DNA of 64,000 nucleotides from an uncultured Oscillospiraceae bacterium (GTDB lineage: Bacteria; Bacillota; Clostridia; Oscillospirales; Ruminococcaceae): the NCBI GenBank assembly GCA_947522735.1, contig CANNTZ010000002.1, positions 1-64,000 on the forward strand. Direction: 5' to 3'. The notes under the pieces were generated by a model, which was given only the letters and a program-made list of their open reading frames with translations, had not been told where the DNA came from and did no database searches. Numbering within the stretch: the first letter of the stretch is position 1; each line of letters opens with the position of its first letter. The position numbers and the translations under genes were made by a program. Of this stretch, positions 48,553 through 58,718 are shown one piece after another.

Positions 48553-51159
48553 TCAGAAGCGCAGCTCCACTTCAAATTCGTTTATCTTGCCGCTGCATTC
48601 CAGCTCGACACACTCTCTTTCGGCGCAGTAGACGCCGCCGGTCACGCTCGATGCGTGAACGCGCTCGTCCGGATGCGGCAGCCGTAGCAGTATCCGACGC
48701 GGCGTTTCGCCGTCGGCGCGCTCAAGGCGCACCTTCGCCGTAATCCTGCCCTCCGAGAGCTTGGAGCACACGCGGAAGCTAAGCCTGCCGAACAGCGACT
48801 TAACGCCCTCAGCGGAGAGCTCCCTGCCGTCCTCCAGCCATGCACGCGGCACCCCTGCCAGCAGCCGCAGCTCGTCTCCGGCCTCCAGCCACAGCATCCA
48901 CCGGCAACGCATCAGGAACCAGCCCTCCTCGTGCAGCTTGTGCGGGCTCGCGTGCCAGTAATGCTCCCAGAAGGAGTAGGTTCCGCGGTCGGCAAGCCCG
49001 GCAAAATTGTTGTAAAACTCGCTCAGGAACGCCTTGACGTTGCCGCGCATCAGGTTAAGATAGGGGTGCGGGCTGTAATAGGGCTGGGAGAATACGACGT
49101 TGCGCGCGCAGATATATTCTGCGAGGTAGTTTTCCAGCATTTCTGCGGTCTCGCCGGCGCAGTCAAGCAATCCGTGCAGACAGAGATACTGCACTCCGAT
49201 GATATCGCGGATGATGGACGCGCCGTGCGAATACCACGTTCCGCCCTCGGCATATAGAGACAGCGCGCCCGGATTTTCCGTCCACGCAGGGAACGACGGG
49301 ATCCATCTGCCGTTGCCCAGCGGGATAAGCGGCGCATTTATCAGGTTTTCACGCAACGCGTCGAGAATATCGCGCCTGTATTCTTCAGAAAGTCTGCCGT
49401 ATTTTTCGGCATATTCGGGCGCAGCATTCGCCAGCAGTCTCGATGCGGCCACAAAGCCCGCGTAAGCGCCGGAGTTGAGCGCAAAGGAGTGGAACATATC
49501 GTCCGGATCGGCGACCTTGCCGGAGATCATGCCGTAGCCGTTTCCGCGCAGGGCTTCGTCAAGATTCTGCTCCCGCCAGCGCAGGTTGTATTCGCAGGCG
49601 GCGATGACGTTCCTCGCGACACGCTTCGCCCAGTCCTCGTCGCGCGTATAAAGATAGTGCTCTCCCATCGTCCACAGCGCGTAGCCGGTCTCAAGCATAT
49701 AGCCGCCGAAGTTCTGGATGAAGCCGTCGTCGTGCTGCTTTTCGATAAAATATTGCAGCGCGCGCTCGGCAAGCCTGTGATTAGCAAGCGAATCGAGGAA
49801 CTGTATCGCAGGCGAGCTCTCCGAGCCTATGGCCGTGTAGACGCCGATTGCCGGGAGCACCGCGCCGTCCGGCTCCCTGCCGAAATAGACCATCTCGGTG
49901 TGCAGCAAGCCGGCGTGTATCATCTCGTCGATGCGCTTCTCCGGAACGTGGAGCTCCGCGTTCTTTGCAAGCCGCGAATACCAGAAGCGGCGGCACTCCT
50001 CAAGTCGTGCGGAATAGTCGTTCTCCGCGAGCGCCAGTGCGCGCTCGTGCGGCAACGGCGAGTGCGGGAGCATGAACACATACTCAATCTCGCGGCCCGG
50101 CTGCAAGAGCACGTTCATCTCGCTGTGCGGGACCGGCCTGCCGTCCAGCCGCGCAACGAGGTACACCCGCCCGGACGGCAGCACGCCTAAGCCGCTCTCG
50201 CCGTCGTAGCGCGGGACGTGCTTGAGCCCGCGCATGTATTCGCGCCCCGGCAGCGGATCCGGAAGCTTGACATACGCATAGCGCGGCGCCTGCGCTGTAT
50301 TCAGCGCTCTCACGCGGATGTACATCACAAGCTCCTCGCGGGAAGTGCGCTCCTTTTCCTCTTTTTCAAGCTCGTCCGCCCTCTCCTGTTGCTCCGGCGT
50401 CAGCATGTGTCCGGCGCCGTGCAGGTCTGCGACAAGCATGTCAGTCCCTGCGACATGCGCTTCATCCAGCGGCGAGAACTCGTTTGTGACAAAATACTGC
50501 GTTTCATACACGATATCATTATCGGTATTGACGGAGTTGAGTATCGGCAGTATACCGTCCTCAAGGCGGCGGGTGACGTTGCTCTCGCATCCGATGCCAC
50601 GTCCGGCCATGAAGCAATATTTGATATGATCCGCCTCAATCTCCTCGTCGCGCATCAGCTCGCCAAAGCGCCTCGGCGTGACGCAGTCCCACATTTCGGC
50701 ACAGTAATCGCGGATGCCGACCTCAAACAGGCGGATATCGCGCGAAACGCCGAGCCACGCCGGAGATTTAAGCTCGCGCTCGCCGTCAAGACAGCTTTCG
50801 AAGCTCGTCTCCGGCGCCTCCGCTATCCTCTCGAGATTGCTTTTGCCGCCGTTGGCCGCGATATCCCCGGCGAGCTCATCATAATCACGCGCATCGTCCG
50901 CCTCCGTGACGGCGACGCCGTATTCCGGCACGAAAATCGGATACTCCCTGAATACGTCGCGCAGGAAAAAGCTGAAACCGGCGTCGGACGTGCGCACCGT
51001 TACCCGTGTGGCGAACGGCCCCGGCTCCGTCGCGGCATTTTCGAGTGTTACGATCCACCTCGCGCCGCCCCCACTTACGCCGGATATCTTTCCGTGCGCC
51101 GCCGATACGTTGACATCCCGCCGTGCGGATTTGAAAACCAGCGCTATCTTATTTCCCAT
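48553..51159 (-). CDS. large hypothetical protein (~868 aa), possible (alpha/alpha)6-barrel glycoside hydrolase
   Basis: GGTGAGGA RBS before ATG at 51159; aromatic-rich C-terminal half reminiscent of six-hairpin glycosidases; function not assignable by eye. Confidence 0.4.
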   Translation of the reverse strand: MGNKIALVFKSARRDVNVSAAHGKISGVSGGGARWIVTLENAATEPGPFATRVTVRTSDAGFSFFLRDVFREYPIFVPEYGVAVTEADDARDYDELAGDIAANGGKSNLERIAEAPETSFESCLDGERELKSPAWLGVSRDIRLFEVGIRDYCAEMWDCVTPRRFGELMRDEEIEADHIKYCFMAGRGIGCESNVTRRLEDGILPILNSVNTDNDIVYETQYFVTNEFSPLDEAHVAGTDMLVADLHGAGHMLTPEQQERADELEKEEKERTSREELVMYIRVRALNTAQAPRYAYVKLPDPLPGREYMRGLKHVPRYDGESGLGVLPSGRVYLVARLDGRPVPHSEMNVLLQPGREIEYVFMLPHSPLPHERALALAENDYSARLEECRRFWYSRLAKNAELHVPEKRIDEMIHAGLLHTEMVYFGREPDGAVLPAIGVYTAIGSESSPAIQFLDSLANHRLAERALQYFIEKQHDDGFIQNFGGYMLETGYALWTMGEHYLYTRDEDWAKRVARNVIAACEYNLRWREQNLDEALRGNGYGMISGKVADPDDMFHSFALNSGAYAGFVAASRLLANAAPEYAEKYGRLSEEYRRDILDALRENLINAPLIPLGNGRWIPSFPAWTENPGALSLYAEGGTWYSHGASIIRDIIGVQYLCLHGLLDCAGETAEMLENYLAEYICARNVVFSQPYYSPHPYLNLMRGNVKAFLSEFYNNFAGLADRGTYSFWEHYWHASPHKLHEEGWFLMRCRWMLWLEAGDELRLLAGVPRAWLEDGRELSAEGVKSLFGRLSFRVCSKLSEGRITAKVRLERADGETPRRILLRLPHPDERVHASSVTGGVYCAERECVELECSGKINEFEVELRF

Positions 51160-51339
51160 GGCTGTCCTCACCTTTCGTAGATTTTGAGTTTATTATAACG
51201 TTTTATCTGAGGAAGTCAATACTAAAAATCCGTTTTTTCTCCAAAACAAAAAATTAATATAGCTACGGCGCTCTTTACAAATTCTCTGTAACATGTTAGA
51301 ATAATTGTAAAATAATATATTGAAAGGTATATATTACAT

Positions 51340-52014
51340 ATGAAGCGTTCGACTATAAATGAGCTGCTGAGCGACGCAGTGGAGTTTTTTATAAAGATGA
51401 ACTGTCGTCTGCCGCCCTTTGCGTTCTGGACGGTGCGGGAGTGGTACAGTCACTTTGAGGAATATTCCGGCGTCCGGGACGCCATGCTCGGCTGGGACAT
51501 CACCGACTTTGGCAGCGGTCGCTTCAGCCGGACAGGTCTGACGCTGTTCACGCTGCGCGGCGGCGTCTCCGGAGATCCTCGCTATCCGAGACCGTATATC
51601 GAAAAGCTGATGATAGTTGACGAAAACCAGCATATCCCGCTGCATTTTCACTCCGGCGCGATGGAGGATATTGTCAACCGCGGCGGCGGAAACCTGCTGG
51701 TCACGTTCTACAACAGCCTCCCAAGCGGCGAGCTGGACACATCCGACCTGACGCTTTTTACGGACGGACGCAGCGTTAGCTCATCCGCCGGAGCCACCCT
51801 CCGCCTGACTCCCGGCGAGAGCGTGACAATCCTGCCCGGCGTCTATCACTCCTATTTCGGCGAGCCCGGCTGCGGACGGGTGCTTGCAGGCAAGATAGCG
51901 GCGGTTAGCGACGAACCTGCCAGTCGTTTCTATGAGCCCGCCAGCCGCTTTCCGTTCATCGACGAGGACGAGCTTCCGCTTTATCTGCTCATATCCGATT
52001 ATGCCACCATGTAA
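51340..52014 (+). CDS. cupin-type D-lyxose/D-mannose ketol-isomerase-like protein
   Basis: KLMIVDENQHIPLHFHSGAMEDIV...TILPGVYHSYFGE cupin metal-binding motifs. Confidence 0.55.
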   Translation: MKRSTINELLSDAVEFFIKMNCRLPPFAFWTVREWYSHFEEYSGVRDAMLGWDITDFGSGRFSRTGLTLFTLRGGVSGDPRYPRPYIEKLMIVDENQHIPLHFHSGAMEDIVNRGGGNLLVTFYNSLPSGELDTSDLTLFTDGRSVSSSAGATLRLTPGESVTILPGVYHSYFGEPGCGRVLAGKIAAVSDEPASRFYEPASRFPFIDEDELPLYLLISDYATM

Positions 52015-52164
52015 AAAATGTCCGGGGAACGCTTTCCTTCGAGCCCCGGATATTTCAGCTTTTCTAAAACGTTTTATTTTTTGCTCCGGCCGCTTCAGCC
52101 TGAACACGGCTCAGCCAACCATGCAAGTGCATCCTCGTGGATATTTTCCAGCGCCTCGCGCTCG

Positions 52165-53001
52165 TCAATTCGGGGCATAAAACTCAAACACGAGAATGTT
52201 GAAATCGTTGCGCAGCCTCGCACTGTCCAGCTCCTCTCGCACCGTCCATGCGACCGACAGCGGCTTGAACAGCCCGAGACACAGCCGGACGCCGAGAGCG
52301 TCGCACTCGCCGATGCTACAGGCGATGATGTGCGGCCTTGTCCTGAGGTTTGAAAGCAGATTGCGGCGCGAAAAACGCTGAGCATTCGAGAGCCTTTTGC
52401 TCTTTTCACGATAGCCGTCCGTCACCTGTCCACGCAGCACGTCCGGCGCGTTGCGCCTGAACCATACAAGCACTTCCGGATCCGCCGACAGCACCGCGTA
52501 GCCGCCCTTATAATCGCGCAGCCTCTCCCAAAGCCTCTCGCACAGGCTTTCCGTCTGCCCCGCGCCAACGGTCTTGACGTCTATCAAGAGCGGCACGCGC
52601 CCGGCAACCTCCTCCAGCACCTGACCGAGCAGCGGAATATGTTCATCCGTTCCGAACAGCCGATACTGCGACAGCTCCTCATAATCGAGCTTGCGAACCC
52701 TCGTTTTCTCCGCTCCGCAGGCCCGTTTCAGCCCCTCGTCATGGAACACGGCAAGCCGTCCGTCCTTTGTCATGCGCACGTCCAGCTCGATGCCGTAGCC
52801 CCGGCGCGCCGCGAGCCGAAACGCCGGCATGGAATTTTCCGGCGTTGACTGATCCTGCTTATACAATCCCCTGTGCGCGTAAAAATGCCCGCAGAGGCGC
52901 TTTTTCTGCTCCTCAGTCAGCTTTTTGGGCTTGACAATCAGCGCGAATGCGACGATAATAATAATGATCACCGCCAAAAGCGCCATAATTATGTACTCCA
53001 T
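52165..53001 (-). CDS. glycerophosphodiester phosphodiesterase family protein (membrane-anchored)
   Basis: HRG (AHRGLY), ELDVRMTKDGRLAVFHDE GDPD motifs; N-terminal TM. Confidence 0.8.
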   Translation of the reverse strand: MEYIIMALLAVIIIIIVAFALIVKPKKLTEEQKKRLCGHFYAHRGLYKQDQSTPENSMPAFRLAARRGYGIELDVRMTKDGRLAVFHDEGLKRACGAEKTRVRKLDYEELSQYRLFGTDEHIPLLGQVLEEVAGRVPLLIDVKTVGAGQTESLCERLWERLRDYKGGYAVLSADPEVLVWFRRNAPDVLRGQVTDGYREKSKRLSNAQRFSRRNLLSNLRTRPHIIACSIGECDALGVRLCLGLFKPLSVAWTVREELDSARLRNDFNILVFEFYAPN

Positions 53002-53091
53002 CCTCCGTTACCTCTTTTCCCGTTGTTAGATTATATTTTAGCACAAACGCGACACGGTTTACAGTGCTTTTTATAAATATTTTTTGATTGG

Positions 53092-53973
53092 ATGCTGGTT
53101 TTGATGATTTCAGATGTTACCGCCGGAAAACTATACGTCGTTGCAACTCCGATAGGCTGTCCGGACGACCTCACGCCGCGCGCCGCAGCAATACTCAAGA
53201 GCGCGCCGGTCATCGCCGCCGAGGACACCCGCACCTCTTGGCCGCTGCTGTCGCGGCTCGGCGTCGAGACAAAGCTCGTCTCCTACCACAAATTCAACGA
53301 ACGCTCCCGCGTGGACGAGCTGATTGACGAGCTTGCCTCCGGTCGCGACGTTGCGCTCATCTCCGACGCCGGAACGCCCTGCGTCTCCGACCCCGGCTGT
53401 ATCCTCGTCGAGGCCGCAGCAGCAGCCGGTTACGACGTCGTGGCGGTGTGTGGAGCGTGCGCCGCAGTGTCGGCGGCTTCGGTCTCCGGCTTCGACCTCA
53501 GCTCTTTTGCCTTTTACGGTTTCGTCCCGCGCGAGAGCGGCGAGATAAAAAAGCTGTGGGAGCGCATACTCTCGGACAGCGTCAGAGCCGCCGTGTTCTA
53601 CGAATCGCCTATGCGCATACTTTCAACCGTTTCCTCGCTGTGCGAGGCGGCGCCGGCAGCAAGACTGTGCGTCTGCAACGACCTTACCAAGCTGCACGAG
53701 CGCATTTACCGCGGCTCGCCCGCCGGAGTTCTTGCGGAGCTCGAGGCTAATCCGAACTGCCGGAAGGGTGAATACACCATCGTCATGCAGCCGCCGGAGC
53801 CGGAGAAAAAAAGCGTCGACGCACTGCTTCCGGAGGCGCTGCTGCTCGACTGCATCCTGCGCGAGGGCTGCTCGATAAAGGACGCCGTCGCCTCCGTGAC
53901 AAAGCAGGGGCTCTATTCCAAAAAGGAGCTGTACTCCGCCGGCTTGCGGCTGCGCGACATGCTGGCGGAATGA
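53092..53973 (+). CDS. rsmI: 16S rRNA (cytidine1402-2'-O)-methyltransferase
   Basis: GKLYVVATPIGCPDDLTPRA...AAEDTR tetrapyrrole-methylase fold. Confidence 0.85.
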   Translation: MLVLMISDVTAGKLYVVATPIGCPDDLTPRAAAILKSAPVIAAEDTRTSWPLLSRLGVETKLVSYHKFNERSRVDELIDELASGRDVALISDAGTPCVSDPGCILVEAAAAAGYDVVAVCGACAAVSAASVSGFDLSSFAFYGFVPRESGEIKKLWERILSDSVRAAVFYESPMRILSTVSSLCEAAPAARLCVCNDLTKLHERIYRGSPAGVLAELEANPNCRKGEYTIVMQPPEPEKKSVDALLPEALLLDCILREGCSIKDAVASVTKQGLYSKKELYSAGLRLRDMLAE

Positions 53974-54294
53974 GCTGCGAAAGCCCCATCCCGGAGCACG
54001 GGATACCGTTCCGCCGCAAAACGCTTTTCCCGCGTCCCGCTAACACAGCCACTGCGAATGACAGGGCACCCCTGCGCTGCCGTAGCTTGTCGCTGTCATT
54101 TTGACGCCGCGAAATTCCTATTCCGTCCATTTTCTCCGCGACAGCGAGAACGCGCAGCCTGCGCCGATGGACGGCGGCTTCGCGGAGACGAAAAACGTCC
54201 GTTATACACTCCGTCGGCCTTGACGGCCACTGCGGGCTGACGCTTTTCCCCTTTATGAGCGTCTCCCGGCGCGTTCGGAACCATTTTTTACAAA

Positions 54295-54340
54295 TAAAAA
54301 AGGGCGCGGTTCATCAGCTTGATCCGCGTCCTTTTTCCGT
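54295..54340. terminator. bidirectional intrinsic terminator
   Basis: AAAAAAGGGCGCGG-ttcatcagcttgat-CCGCGTCCTTTTT. Confidence 0.65.
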
Positions 54341-54379
54341 ATCTATTTTATCCCGTGCGCAGAGCTGCGGGAGCTTTGG

Positions 54380-55633
54380 TCACACGTTTTCGCCCAGCAG
54401 CTCCCATATATCGACGATCCGGCCCTCCTTGATCGAGACGTTGGCGGCAGCGCCGACCATAATTGACTCGGCTCCCGCCTTCGTTCCCGCCGCGTGACCG
54501 AGAGGATCGGGGACGTCCTTGAGAAACAGCATCCTGCGCAGACGTTCGTCGCCGCCGCCGTGACCGCCTCTCGACTTGGTGACATGATACTCGGCGACGT
54601 TGTTCTCAAGGTCAAATATGCGTATAACGTCGCAGCTCGGGTCAAAATCCGGCCCGGTCTCCGGCATGTATGCCTCGAGGCGGCCCTTAGAGCCGTTTAT
54701 TGAGATTCGCCAGCCCTCGTAGGGACATGTGGAGTTGAGCGAGTAGCTCATCATCGCACCGCCGTCGTAGCTGACGTTGACCGCCATAGTGTCGTAGATA
54801 TCGATATCGTCCGCATAGACGCAGCCGTCCTTGACATAGCCGTCGTATTTTTCGTTTTCGGCGTAAAAATCCCGTTCAAAGTCGGTCAGCCTGTAGCGGA
54901 AAGCACATTTTTCGGCAAATTCGCACTCGCGGCAGTTTTTTCCCCTCATGCCGTTCGCGTATTTAGCGCTTCCGGAGGAGCCGTACAGGTTGAGCCTGCC
55001 GAACGCCGATACCTTCACCGGCTTTTGTCCGATCCACCAGTTGACAAGATCAAAATGGTGTGTGGATTTGTGGACGAGCAGGCCGCCGCTCTTTGCCATG
55101 CGGGCGTTCCAGCGGCGATAATAGCTGGTTCCGTGCGCATTGACGTCCATGTTGCGGTCGAGCAGCCATTCGAAGTGGACGCTGAATACGTCGCCGATGG
55201 CGCCGTCTGCGATGAGCCGTTTTATTTTGGTGGAAAACGGCGCGTAACGGTAGTTGAAGGTGACGGTGACCTTGCGTCCGGTGCGCTTTTCGGCGTCGAT
55301 TATCGCTTTGCAGCGCTCCGCGTCGATAGTCATCGGCTTCTCCGTAATGACGTCGCAGCCATGCTCAAGCGAACGGACGATATAATCGCTGTGATACGCG
55401 TCTACCGTCGTCACAAGCACCACGTCCGGCTTCGCCCCGGCTATCATCTCGTCAAAGTCATGGTAGACCGGGATGCCGCACTCGCGCCCGACATATTCGG
55501 AGCGCCCGGGATTGACGTCATAGACGCCAACAAGCTCCGCCACATCGGCAAACTCCTCTCTCATCGGCCGCGCGTACATGCTAAGCATTCTGCCACTTGC
55601 TCCGGCAAACGCGTATCGCTTCAATCTGCTCAT
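54380..55633 (-). CDS. Gfo/Idh/MocA family oxidoreductase
   Basis: N-terminal Rossmann (RYAFAGASGRM...), GFM_C domain; start MSRLKRY. Confidence 0.8.
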   Translation of the reverse strand: MSRLKRYAFAGASGRMLSMYARPMREEFADVAELVGVYDVNPGRSEYVGRECGIPVYHDFDEMIAGAKPDVVLVTTVDAYHSDYIVRSLEHGCDVITEKPMTIDAERCKAIIDAEKRTGRKVTVTFNYRYAPFSTKIKRLIADGAIGDVFSVHFEWLLDRNMDVNAHGTSYYRRWNARMAKSGGLLVHKSTHHFDLVNWWIGQKPVKVSAFGRLNLYGSSGSAKYANGMRGKNCRECEFAEKCAFRYRLTDFERDFYAENEKYDGYVKDGCVYADDIDIYDTMAVNVSYDGGAMMSYSLNSTCPYEGWRISINGSKGRLEAYMPETGPDFDPSCDVIRIFDLENNVAEYHVTKSRGGHGGGDERLRRMLFLKDVPDPLGHAAGTKAGAESIMVGAAANVSIKEGRIVDIWELLGENV

Positions 55634-55672
55634 ATAAATACCGCCTTTCATCCAATTGCTATTGTATATATT

Positions 55673-57097
55673 TTACAGCGTAACTCCCGTCTTATAGATA
55701 CAGAAGTCGCGCGCAAAATTGCTTTCCGTTTTTGTGACAGCTCTTCCGGAGGCGACGTCCAGCACCTGTCGGAGCAGCTCGTCGCAAAGTCCATCCATCG
55801 TGCCGCCGTCGAGCAGCCGCCCCGCGTCGAAATCGATCCAGCAAGGCTTTTTCTGCGCAAGCGCCGTGTTTGTGGATATCCGCAGCACCGGCGCCGGCGC
55901 TCCGAACGGCGTGCCGCGTCCCGTTGTGAAGAGCACGAGCTGCGCGCCGGAGATCACCTCGGCATTTGAGGAGACGAGATCGTTGCCCGGCGCGTCCAGC
56001 AGGTTGAGCCCGGCCACAGACACCTGCTCACCGTAGCCGAGCACCGACTCTACCGGCGACGCGCCGCCCTTGAGGATGCAGCCGAGCGACTTTTCCTCAA
56101 GCGTCGTGATGCCACCCGCCCTGTTGCCCGGCGACGGATTCTCGTAGACCTCGCAGCCGTTCGCGATAAAGCTCCGCTTGGTGCGGTTTATCATCGCCGT
56201 CAGCTCATCAAACAGCTCCCGCGTGCGGCAACGCGACATCAGCACCGTCTCCGCGCCGAACATCTCCGGCACCTCTGTCAGTATCACCGAGCCGCCCATA
56301 GCAATCAGCTTATCGGAGAGGCATCCGAGCAGCGGATTGGCGGTTATCCCGGAAAACCCGTCCGAGCCGCCGCACTTCAACCCCAGCACAAGCTCGCTTG
56401 CTGGCGTCCGCACACGCCGCGCCCTCGATGCGCTCGCTATGAGCCGTTCGACCAGCGCGCAGGCGCTCTCGACCTCATCGCGCTCCTCCTGACAGAGCAT
56501 GAACCTGACCCTGTCGCCGTCCCGGCCTCCAAGGCGCTCTTTTACCTTGTCGAGCTGCGTGTTTTCGCAGCCAAGCCCCATCACCAGCACGCCTCCCGCG
56601 TTTGGGTGGCGTATAAGCCCGACCAGCGCGTCAAGGGTGTGCTCCGCGTCGCCGCCAAGCTGCGAGCAGCCATAGGGGTGCGGAAAAGCGTAAACGCCGT
56701 CAATGTTCTCTGTCTTATAACCCGAAAATCGCCTTTCCACCGCCCTTGCCGCCGCGTTTACGCAGCCGACGGTCGGGATTATCCATATCTCGTTGCGTAT
56801 CCCGGCACGGCCCTCACGGCGCGGATAGCCCATGAAAAATTGCGGCCGGATGCGCGGCAGCTCGCAAAAATCCGGCGCATATTCGTATTCGAGCAGTCCA
56901 TGCAGGCCCGAGCGCAGATTGTGCGTGTGGATCCACTCGCCTGCCGAAATATCACATGCTGCGACGCCGATCGGGTGTCCGTACTTTATTACGGTTCCGC
57001 CCTCGCCTATATCCCGCGCCGCTATCTTGTGCCCCGCCCTTTCGCCGTCCAACATGACCTCGACGTTGTCTCCCGGCGCTATCCTCAGCGTTTTCAT
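55673..57097 (-). CDS. uxaA: altronate dehydratase (UxaA family, SAF + dehydratase domains)
   Basis: N-terminal SAF (MKTLRIAPGDNV...), ~474 aa, adjacent to uxaB. Confidence 0.8.
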   Translation of the reverse strand: MKTLRIAPGDNVEVMLDGERAGHKIAARDIGEGGTVIKYGHPIGVAACDISAGEWIHTHNLRSGLHGLLEYEYAPDFCELPRIRPQFFMGYPRREGRAGIRNEIWIIPTVGCVNAAARAVERRFSGYKTENIDGVYAFPHPYGCSQLGGDAEHTLDALVGLIRHPNAGGVLVMGLGCENTQLDKVKERLGGRDGDRVRFMLCQEERDEVESACALVERLIASASRARRVRTPASELVLGLKCGGSDGFSGITANPLLGCLSDKLIAMGGSVILTEVPEMFGAETVLMSRCRTRELFDELTAMINRTKRSFIANGCEVYENPSPGNRAGGITTLEEKSLGCILKGGASPVESVLGYGEQVSVAGLNLLDAPGNDLVSSNAEVISGAQLVLFTTGRGTPFGAPAPVLRISTNTALAQKKPCWIDFDAGRLLDGGTMDGLCDELLRQVLDVASGRAVTKTESNFARDFCIYKTGVTL

Positions 57098-58536
57098 CTC
57101 GCGATCACCCTCTCTATCGCCGAGCGCGCGCCGTTTTTGCGTATCACCTTGAGCCAGCCTGCGGCTTTTTCGTTGAAGCCTGCAAGCTCTCCGAGATCCG
57201 TTCCCCAGAACTCGCGCTCTGCGGCAAGCCTTGCGATGAGCGTGCCTGAAGGCAAATCGCCGTTTTTGCGGAAGAAATCAAGCGCCTTGGCGCTGTCGCG
57301 CACCGTATACGGCTCCCCTGAGCGCTCGCCGACCGTATAAAACGCCGCGAGCGCTGCAAAGGAGAAGGTCAGCAGCTCCGGCAGCCGCCCCGCGCTCACA
57401 TTGTCGAGCAGCGAGGGCAGCACCCGCGCACGCCACTTAGGGACGGAATTTACCGAGATTGACAGCAGCATATGACGCAAAAACGGATTTTCAAACCGTT
57501 CCAGCACAGAGCGCGCGAACGTCTCCGCCTCCTCGCGCGGCAGCGGCACAAAGGGAACAATCTCGTCAAAGACGGCTCTTTCAATGAAGCGGCGCAGGGT
57601 ATGGTCGCTCATGCACTCGCCGACGGTGTCAAGCCCGGCAAGATACGCCGCAAGCGCCATCGAGGTGTGCGCGCCGTTGAGCACGCGCAACTTGCGCTCG
57701 CGATATGGCCGCGCGTCGCCTGTGAAAACGACCGGCAGTCCCGCCCTGTCGAGCGGCAGCCTTTCCCGCACCTCCTCCACGCGCTCCGACGCGATGACCC
57801 AAAGTCCGAACGGCTCCGCCACATCCAGCAGCGCGTCGTTATATCCGAGCCGCCCAAAAATCTCCTCTGCCTCGTCCCGCGGATAACCGGTCACAATACG
57901 ATCCACCAGCGTGTCGCAGAAGATGTTTTCCTCCTCAACCCAGCGCACAAACTCACTGCCAAGCCGCCAGCGCTCCGCCAGCCTCAGTACGCACTCGCGC
58001 AGCCGCGCGCCGTTGTCGGGGATGAGCTCCGTCGGAATAATTATCAGACCCTTGCCGTGCGCCTGCCAGCGCAGATAAAGCAGCTTTGCAAGCTTTCCCG
58101 GAAAGCTTTCCGGCGGCGTCAGCTCAAGGCGGTCGTCCTCGTCGTAGAGGATGCCCGCCTCGGTGGTGTTAGAGATTATGAATTGCAGCGTATCCAGCCT
58201 CGCGACGTCGCACAGCTCGTCATAATCGCCGTAGGCGTGCAGAGCGCGGGAGACGCTTTTCACAACGCGGCTCACATTCACCGTTTCGCCGCCGCAAACG
58301 CCCCGGAGCAGCAGCGTATACAGGCCGCTCTGCGCACGAAATGCGTCCACCGTTCCGTGTGCGCGCGGCTTCACCACCGCTATGCTGCCGTCAAAGACGC
58401 CTTTTGCGTTAGCCGCGTCGATCATCTCGTCCGCGAACGCACGCAAAAACGCGCCCTCGCCAAATTGCAGCACCCGGATCGGCCGCGTCTCCGGTGCATA
58501 TATATCGGCTATGTTTTTTTGTCTATCCTTAACCAT
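57094..58536 (-). CDS. uxaB: tagaturonate reductase (altronate oxidoreductase, mannitol-DH family)
   Basis: IRVLQFGEGAFLRAFAD N-terminal Rossmann of long-chain mannitol DH family, 480 aa. Confidence 0.8.
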   Translation of the reverse strand: MVKDRQKNIADIYAPETRPIRVLQFGEGAFLRAFADEMIDAANAKGVFDGSIAVVKPRAHGTVDAFRAQSGLYTLLLRGVCGGETVNVSRVVKSVSRALHAYGDYDELCDVARLDTLQFIISNTTEAGILYDEDDRLELTPPESFPGKLAKLLYLRWQAHGKGLIIIPTELIPDNGARLRECVLRLAERWRLGSEFVRWVEEENIFCDTLVDRIVTGYPRDEAEEIFGRLGYNDALLDVAEPFGLWVIASERVEEVRERLPLDRAGLPVVFTGDARPYRERKLRVLNGAHTSMALAAYLAGLDTVGECMSDHTLRRFIERAVFDEIVPFVPLPREEAETFARSVLERFENPFLRHMLLSISVNSVPKWRARVLPSLLDNVSAGRLPELLTFSFAALAAFYTVGERSGEPYTVRDSAKALDFFRKNGDLPSGTLIARLAAEREFWGTDLGELAGFNEKAAGWLKVIRKNGARSAIERVIAR

Positions 58537-58578
58537 ATGCTTCTCCAGTGCATGTTATTTTAGGTTGTATTCAATTGT

Positions 58579-58592
58579 TGTAAGCGCTTACA
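58579..58592. promoter_or_regulatory. catabolite-responsive element (cre, CcpA site) upstream of uxaB operon
   Basis: TGTAAGCGCTTACA = perfect match to optimal cre consensus TGWAANCGNTNWCA, ~45 bp upstream of uxaB start. Confidence 0.6.
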
Positions 58593-58718
58593 CTCAGTAT
58601 AAGCTATTGCCGCACGCTTGTCAATACCCTTTGACGCAAAAATTTCCGCGGTTTACTTTTTCGTCCGCGCGTGCTATACTGAACACAGCCGATATGCTTA
58701 CAGGAGCAAAGCAATACG

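Noticed and set aside
55025-55969. 314-aa plus-strand ORF
   Set aside because: Antisense to Gfo/Idh/MocA oxidoreductase and uxaA
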